Virus record (IMG/VR): IMGVR_UViG_3300010365_001574
From: an uncultured virus (IMG/VR IMGVR_UViG_3300010365_001574)
Lineage: Duplodnaviria; Heunggongvirae; Uroviricota; Caudoviricetes
Length of the DNA: 20,000 nucleotides
Strand: one strand, 5' to 3'
Shown one piece after another: positions 15,027-20,000 of the stretch. The notes beneath the pieces were generated by a model. It searched no databases, was not told where the DNA came from, and saw only the letters and a program-made list of their open reading frames with translations. A program made the translations under genes and the position numbers. Each line of letters opens with the position of its first letter. The first letter of the stretch is position 1.

Positions 15027-15956
15027 ATGTTAATAGATAATAGAAGAAGAAATTTAGAAGAAAGAAAGAATAACTTTTTAAAAAAAGCCAATATTTTATA
15101 TGATTATAAATATGATTACTCAAATATTGATTATGTCAATAATGATACTAATATAGATATTCTATGTAAAACACATGGTGTATTTACACAATCTCCATCA
15201 AACCACTTAAAATATGGGTGTAATAAATGTAAACCCAAATCAGATAAATATTATTTGGATTTCATAAATAAATCCAATGAGATACACAATAATAAATATA
15301 CTTATATTAAAGAGTCTTTCACAAACATAAAATCTAAAGTTAGTATAATCTGTACTAAACATGGTAAATTTGAACAGATTGCATCATCACATAAATATGG
15401 TTCAAAATGTCCAAAGTGTGATATTGAAATTAGAGCTGACAATCAAAAACTTGATAAGAATTTAGCAATAAAAAAATTAATAGATGTACATGGTGATAGA
15501 TATGATTATTCAAATTTTGAATATATTGAATTTTCATCAATTATAAAAGTAATATGTAAAGAACATGGTCTTTTTGAACAAAGATATGATGTTCATCTAT
15601 CTGGATGTGGTTGTAAATCTTGTAATAATAGTTTAGGTGAAGATAAAATATCTAAATATTTAGACATTCATAAAATAAAATATAAAAGAGAATATAAATT
15701 TGAAGATTGTATAAATATTAAAAAGTTGAAATATGACTTCTACATAGAAGATATAAATACTTGTATAGAATTTGATGGAATACAACATTATAAACCTATA
15801 GAATATTTTGGTGGTTTAGAAAGATTTGAATATATGAAAAAATGTGATGATATTAAAAATTTATATTGTTTTGAAAATAAAATTAAACTAATAAGAATAT
15901 CTTATTTAGATGTTGATAAAATATATTCTATATTAGATAAACTTTTATTAAGATAA
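15027..15956 (+). CDS. Free-standing endonuclease: three Zn-ribbon (DUF723-like) repeats plus a C-terminal Vsr/PD-(D/E)XK-like nuclease domain
   Basis: Three repeats of Y-x-Y...I-x-C-x-x-HG-x-F-x-Q...H...C-x-x-C, then SLGE, YDFY, CIEFDGIQH, D-x-x-K and LIRISY. Confidence 0.85.
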   Translation: MLIDNRRRNLEERKNNFLKKANILYDYKYDYSNIDYVNNDTNIDILCKTHGVFTQSPSNHLKYGCNKCKPKSDKYYLDFINKSNEIHNNKYTYIKESFTNIKSKVSIICTKHGKFEQIASSHKYGSKCPKCDIEIRADNQKLDKNLAIKKLIDVHGDRYDYSNFEYIEFSSIIKVICKEHGLFEQRYDVHLSGCGCKSCNNSLGEDKISKYLDIHKIKYKREYKFEDCINIKKLKYDFYIEDINTCIEFDGIQHYKPIEYFGGLERFEYMKKCDDIKNLYCFENKIKLIRISYLDVDKIYSILDKLLLR

Positions 15957-15965
15957 ACTATATAA
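15939..15965 (+). promoter_or_regulatory. Putative promoter AAAC-N18-TATAA
   Basis: AAAC 15939-15942, TATAA 15961-15965, A-rich leader to the ATG at 15986. Confidence 0.5.
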
Positions 15966-15985
15966 AATAAAAATAATAAAACAAA

Positions 15986-16633
15986 ATGTCAAAAATAGAA
16001 ACTAATGTAGTTAAACCTCAGATAAATTTTACTGAGAATCTAATTGATTATATTCTTATCACAGAAGAAGCAGAAAAAGAATTAGATATTAAATCACAAG
16101 AAATAACTAACTTCATTGATAACAATGATGGTAAAGGTAAATCTGATGAAGAAAAGGATAAACTTTATGCAGAAGCACAAGAAATATGGACTTCATATAA
16201 AGACCTTTTACAAGAAACAAAATACAACTTTAACTTAAACAGAGCACAATGGAAATTCATCACTGATTTAATTTTAAATAAAGTTGAATATGATGTAAAC
16301 ACTGTTTTTCTTGGATTAGAACTTATAGATTTGTTTGAAGTGATGAAAGGAACAAAATTTACAAATGATTATGAATTAAAATCATTTGAAGTCAATGCAA
16401 CAGAAGTTACTTACATCTATCACTTAATATCAACACACAAAATTAAAGGATTAACTAAAGATGCACAAACATTCTCATTAATTCTTAGAAAAATTGGTGA
16501 TATTAGTAAAGTATTTAACTATTATGAAACTCTTGGTAAAAACCTTTCAGGTGATGTCCAAGACTGGGTTGCTGCTTTTGAAGAAGGGGTGACACGTGAA
16601 GTTAGAAATACGTCTTTTAGATTTCTAAAATAA
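15986..16633 (+). CDS. Hypothetical acidic alpha-helical protein (215 aa)
   Basis: Intact ORF with no recognisable motif; the 3' end may be altered by an insertion (see findings). Confidence 0.8.
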   Translation: MSKIETNVVKPQINFTENLIDYILITEEAEKELDIKSQEITNFIDNNDGKGKSDEEKDKLYAEAQEIWTSYKDLLQETKYNFNLNRAQWKFITDLILNKVEYDVNTVFLGLELIDLFEVMKGTKFTNDYELKSFEVNATEVTYIYHLISTHKIKGLTKDAQTFSLILRKIGDISKVFNYYETLGKNLSGDVQDWVAAFEEGVTREVRNTSFRFLK

Positions 16634-16704
16634 TGAATATAACCAAATGGTGTAAGTGACTTTTCTACACAAACAGAACTTCAATTTGAAGAAGAAGAAG
16701 TAAA

Positions 16705-16766
16705 ATCTTAGTGCTCCTTTGGAGACACAAACCAATTCAAAACTGGTGTATTTAGCACACTAAGAT
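16705..16766. other. Structured intergenic element (multi-stem)
   Basis: Outer stem atcttagtg/cactaagat (9 bp) enclosing ctcc-ttt-ggag and acca...tggt hairpins. Confidence 0.45.
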
Positions 16767-16802
16767 AAAAAAACCCATCAAATGATGGGTTTTTTTATCT
16801 TA
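16761..16802. terminator. Bidirectional intrinsic terminator (20-bp perfect arms)
   Basis: taagataaaaaaacccatca-aa-tgatgggtttttttatctta between convergent genes. Confidence 0.9.
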
Positions 16803-19800
16803 ATACTATTGGGACAAATGGTCCAATTGATTCTATTTGTTGATAAGGTTCTGTTAAGTCTTTTAATCCTCTTACCTCATAACTCTTTTTATCTCTATAA
16901 ACTGAACCATATCCATTATCAGATGTTACTTCAATAACTACAAATGGATCCAAATTAGAATCTATGGTGAAATTAAATGGTAATAAATTATCACCATTTC
17001 TATATTCAGAAATTGTTTGAACTGGATCCCAACTAATAGGTTTCCAATCTGTTATATTTTTCCAATTATTATCTAAATAAGGATTTATTACAGATTGTGT
17101 TGCAGTTGATGATGAATAAACATAAATATTACTATCATATTCTGTAAGACTTGTTAATTCATAGGTATTACCTGATTTCCAAGGTTCAACTAGTTCATAT
17201 TTTCTAGGACTATTTACTTTATTATTATCTATAACAGACTCATATAATATACCATAATATGTGACTCTATCACCAATCATATAGTTCTTAAATGGTGCCC
17301 ATTCTTTATATGTTTTATATGTTCTTATTCTAATATTAAAATAATCAGGTGGAACTACACTAACTCCATTATATGGTTTAGGTGGTTCAACTAATCCTAA
17401 GGGATCCTTATCTGCACCAACTCCTGGAATAATTGAGTAGAAGTCTAATACACAATTATAGATAGTTGATCCACTATTAACAGGCATAAGATATACTTCA
17501 TTCATTTTAAATGAAACTGGAGTCATATTTTCATTAATTTTAATGATTCTAACATCATTTACTTTATGTTGGATTTGATTACCTGAACTTAAATAAACTC
17601 TACCAGTAATATCAAGAATTTTATGTGTTAATGGAATAATATTTTTCTTTAACCAATATTTTAATCCTTGTAATTTTATAATAACCTCATCTAATGAATA
17701 AGTTAATACATTTGTACCATCTTTATCTGTAATAAAATAAGTTAAATTAAATAAATTAGTTCCTTCAAACTTATCATTTGGCATGGTATGTTTTATAAAA
17801 TCATTCTCTGTCCAACCCTCAACACTATTATCAAAAATATCAGGAATTTCAATTTTAAATAATTTAGTAAATTCAGGAGATGTAGTATCAACATTTTTAT
17901 AATACTCATTTAATTGTAAATCATTATATCCAAAGAAATTAATTGCATTAATAATTGACTTGTAAGATCCAATATATGGATAGATAAGATGTTTCATCAT
18001 CATCATCTCTTTTCTCTTTCTATTTAAGAAAGTCCAATCAATTCCACCTTCTAATATATCATATTGTTTAAATATAAATACATCATTAGTATCAATTAAT
18101 TTACCAACATTACCTAATTCTATCTTAAATCTAATATCTTCTTCTTCTGTTTGACCATAAGTATAGAATCTACCTATTTCTTTATCTTTTACTTTTATGC
18201 CAAAATTTAGATATGTTATATCACCTGATTTTGGATGATTATTTATAATAGTTGCTTCTGTTTCTATTATATCATTTGTAATATCAAAGAAGTCAACTAT
18301 TATTGTTCTTGTATAAACTTCTCTTATTATAAACATAGATGCATTATTATGAGAAATATATTGATCTTTTTTATTACTTGAATCTTTAGCATAAATAACT
18401 ATGTGTTGACCAGGTTTCAAACCTCTTCCAGTAAACACTTCATCAGAGTTTGTATTTAATTTTATCTGACCTCTCTTATCAGGACCATATATATCCAATG
18501 TTTCCATTGTAATATATTGTGATTGACTTGAAGATATAGTAAATGAAATATCCTCTTGTTTATAAAGCTGTAAGATAGAACGTAATGCACCTTCACTTTG
18601 AGATTGGAAACCTACAAATAATTGTAAAGGTTCTACATTAGTTGAAATATCATTCTCATCATCAATATAACTTAATGTATATTCAATCTTATCAAATATT
18701 GTCTTTTGATATTCTGAATAAGCTATCTTAGTTACATCATTATTAGGAGTTTTATTTAAAACTACTGGTGATAAAGGAGTAACACCAGTATATGAATATG
18801 ATGGTGAACCTTTATATATGTTCTCACTTAATTGTAATTGTTTACCAGAATAATCATACATGAAAAACTCAGATACATTATCAGCTAACCATTTCCAGTA
18901 ATATTTAACCTGAATATCATTATTGAAGTTCTCTCTTGGTCTTCTAAAATAATCTCTTGTTTTTAACCAAATATCAGGTCTTGGCACATAATCAGGATGT
19001 AAACTACCATACATTGTGTTTTCCTCTATTGATATTGACTCAACTTGAGTAGTTACTGCAGTATTATTTAATTTTACCTCAATTTCAACTACTTTATTTG
19101 TAGATGGTTGTATAAACCACATTGATTTTCTATCTGGATTATAAGTTAATTTTGTTGTTATTGCAGTTTGTACATTAAAAACATATGAATTTGTAAGTGG
19201 GTCAATGATAACTATATTATTATCTGTTGCAGATAAATAGATTGAACCATCATATGGACTTAATCCAATATAACCATGATGAGTAACATCAGTATAATCA
19301 ATCATACTACCTGTAACACTTATTCTTGTAAAATTATTACTTGAATCTGAAATGTTTAACTCACCAGTCAAACTATTGAATATTAAATCTGGACTTGTTG
19401 ATGAAGGTAGTTCACTTATACTTAACAACCCATTATCAATAATATAAACATCTGTACCATATACATAAATACTTTTATTTACTGGTTCATAAAATATATT
19501 TGGTAATAAACCAGGTATTGTAAAAGTTGAAATAGCATTTCTTGTAACACCATTAATTCTATGAACAGTATTAGTAGTTGATGTTATATAAATATCTTCT
19601 TCATATTCATGGAAAACCATTTTACCATTTGATGATGATATTGTTTCTGAATAAGTTGTTGAAGATGTTAGATTATCATAACTAAATATATGAATATCAG
19701 ATGAATTGTCATAACTAACATAAACATCACCATTACTATTATTGATAACTAAATCAAATGCATCATTAGTCAATGTAATAGTTGATATTACAAAGTTTGT

Positions 19801-19989
19801 AACTGGGTCAAATACACTAATTAAATTTTTAGATAAACAATAAACATAATTGTTTACTATATTATATTCCATTTTAATACTTTGTGTATTACCAGTCAGT
19901 TCTATTGTAGTTATTGGTAGTCCATAATATGAATCTATCACACCAACACTACTATCACCATATACATAAACACAATTTGATAATTCATA
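16795..19989 (-). CDS. Large virion structural protein (YVTN-like beta-propeller plus baseplate-wedge-like region), probably 5'-truncated
   Basis: Repeats such as VFDPVTNFVISTI, INNSNGDVYVS, YEPVNKSIYVY and YNPDRKSMW; IGSYKSIINAINFFGY; W...Y-x-x-GD-x-V-x-Y-x-G carbohydrate-binding-like repeats. The frame is open past the GTG at 19941 up to a stop at 19990-19992. Confidence 0.7.
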   Translation of the reverse strand, partial: YELSNCVYVYGDSSVGVIDSYYGLPITTIELTGNTQSIKMEYNIVNNYVYCLSKNLISVFDPVTNFVISTITLTNDAFDLVINNSNGDVYVSYDNSSDIHIFSYDNLTSSTTYSETISSSNGKMVFHEYEEDIYITSTTNTVHRINGVTRNAISTFTIPGLLPNIFYEPVNKSIYVYGTDVYIIDNGLLSISELPSSTSPDLIFNSLTGELNISDSSNNFTRISVTGSMIDYTDVTHHGYIGLSPYDGSIYLSATDNNIVIIDPLTNSYVFNVQTAITTKLTYNPDRKSMWFIQPSTNKVVEIEVKLNNTAVTTQVESISIEENTMYGSLHPDYVPRPDIWLKTRDYFRRPRENFNNDIQVKYYWKWLADNVSEFFMYDYSGKQLQLSENIYKGSPSYSYTGVTPLSPVVLNKTPNNDVTKIAYSEYQKTIFDKIEYTLSYIDDENDISTNVEPLQLFVGFQSQSEGALRSILQLYKQEDISFTISSSQSQYITMETLDIYGPDKRGQIKLNTNSDEVFTGRGLKPGQHIVIYAKDSSNKKDQYISHNNASMFIIREVYTRTIIVDFFDITNDIIETEATIINNHPKSGDITYLNFGIKVKDKEIGRFYTYGQTEEEDIRFKIELGNVGKLIDTNDVFIFKQYDILEGGIDWTFLNRKRKEMMMMKHLIYPYIGSYKSIINAINFFGYNDLQLNEYYKNVDTTSPEFTKLFKIEIPDIFDNSVEGWTENDFIKHTMPNDKFEGTNLFNLTYFITDKDGTNVLTYSLDEVIIKLQGLKYWLKKNIIPLTHKILDITGRVYLSSGNQIQHKVNDVRIIKINENMTPVSFKMNEVYLMPVNSGSTIYNCVLDFYSIIPGVGADKDPLGLVEPPKPYNGVSVVPPDYFNIRIRTYKTYKEWAPFKNYMIGDRVTYYGILYESVIDNNKVNSPRKYELVEPWKSGNTYELTSLTEYDSNIYVYSSSTATQSVINPYLDNNWKNITDWKPISWDPVQTISEYRNGDNLLPFNFTIDSNLDPFVVIEVTSDNGYGSVYRDKKSYEVRGLKDLTEPYQQIESIGPFVPIVLR

Positions 19990-20000
19990 TTATGGACTAC
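19917..20000. repeat. Inverted repeat of at least 18 bp (fold-back) reaching the window edge
   Basis: gtagtccataatatgaat (19917-19934) is the exact reverse complement of attcatattatggactac (19983-20000); 48-nt spacer. Confidence 0.9.

Noticed and set aside
16625..16660. T4 gene 60-style ribosomal hop
   Set aside because: The only nearby matching AAA landing codon after AAA-TAA is in a different frame and leads quickly to a stop.
1..20000. Stop-codon reassignment as in some large phages
   Set aside because: Genes are full length and tightly packed under the standard code; no pattern of in-frame TAG or TGA interruptions.
1..20000. CRISPR array, tRNA or rRNA genes
   Set aside because: No regularly spaced repeats; intergenic gaps are short. 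The 16705-16766 element lacks T-loop/D-loop consensus and is too short for a tRNA.

Overview
Very AT-rich, densely coding 20 kb segment that reads as part of a large tailed dsDNA phage genome (T4-like/jumbo type). It uses the standard genetic code, and one TAnnTTTG promoter element points to a Bacteroidota host. Virion genes: a 1178-aa tape-measure-like protein, a >1048-aa beta-propeller/baseplate-like protein and a probable internal head protein. Other genes: a three-gene glycosyltransferase cluster, a 2H phosphoesterase, a gamma-glutamylcyclotransferase, a minimal PolA/T7-RNAP-like polymerase and four free-standing endonucleases (GIY-YIG, two paralogous HNH, and a Zn-ribbon plus PD-(D/E)XK-type). 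Most notable: (1) two separate ORFs that each look like a different piece of a gp23-type major capsid protein joined to a shared R-x-x-R-x-x-x-I-x-x-I-L helix, possibly capsid decoys or mimics; (2) several enzyme folds with eroded catalytic motifs (RNA-ligase-like, metallopeptidase-like, first glycosyltransferase); (3) two recurrent phage promoter-like motifs, AATATATA-N4-ATG and AAAC-N17/18-TATAA; (4) hairpins enclosing the putative promoter directly before two endonuclease starts; (5) a fold-back inverted repeat at the right edge that truncates the largest gene. All family assignments come from motif recognition by eye, not database searches.
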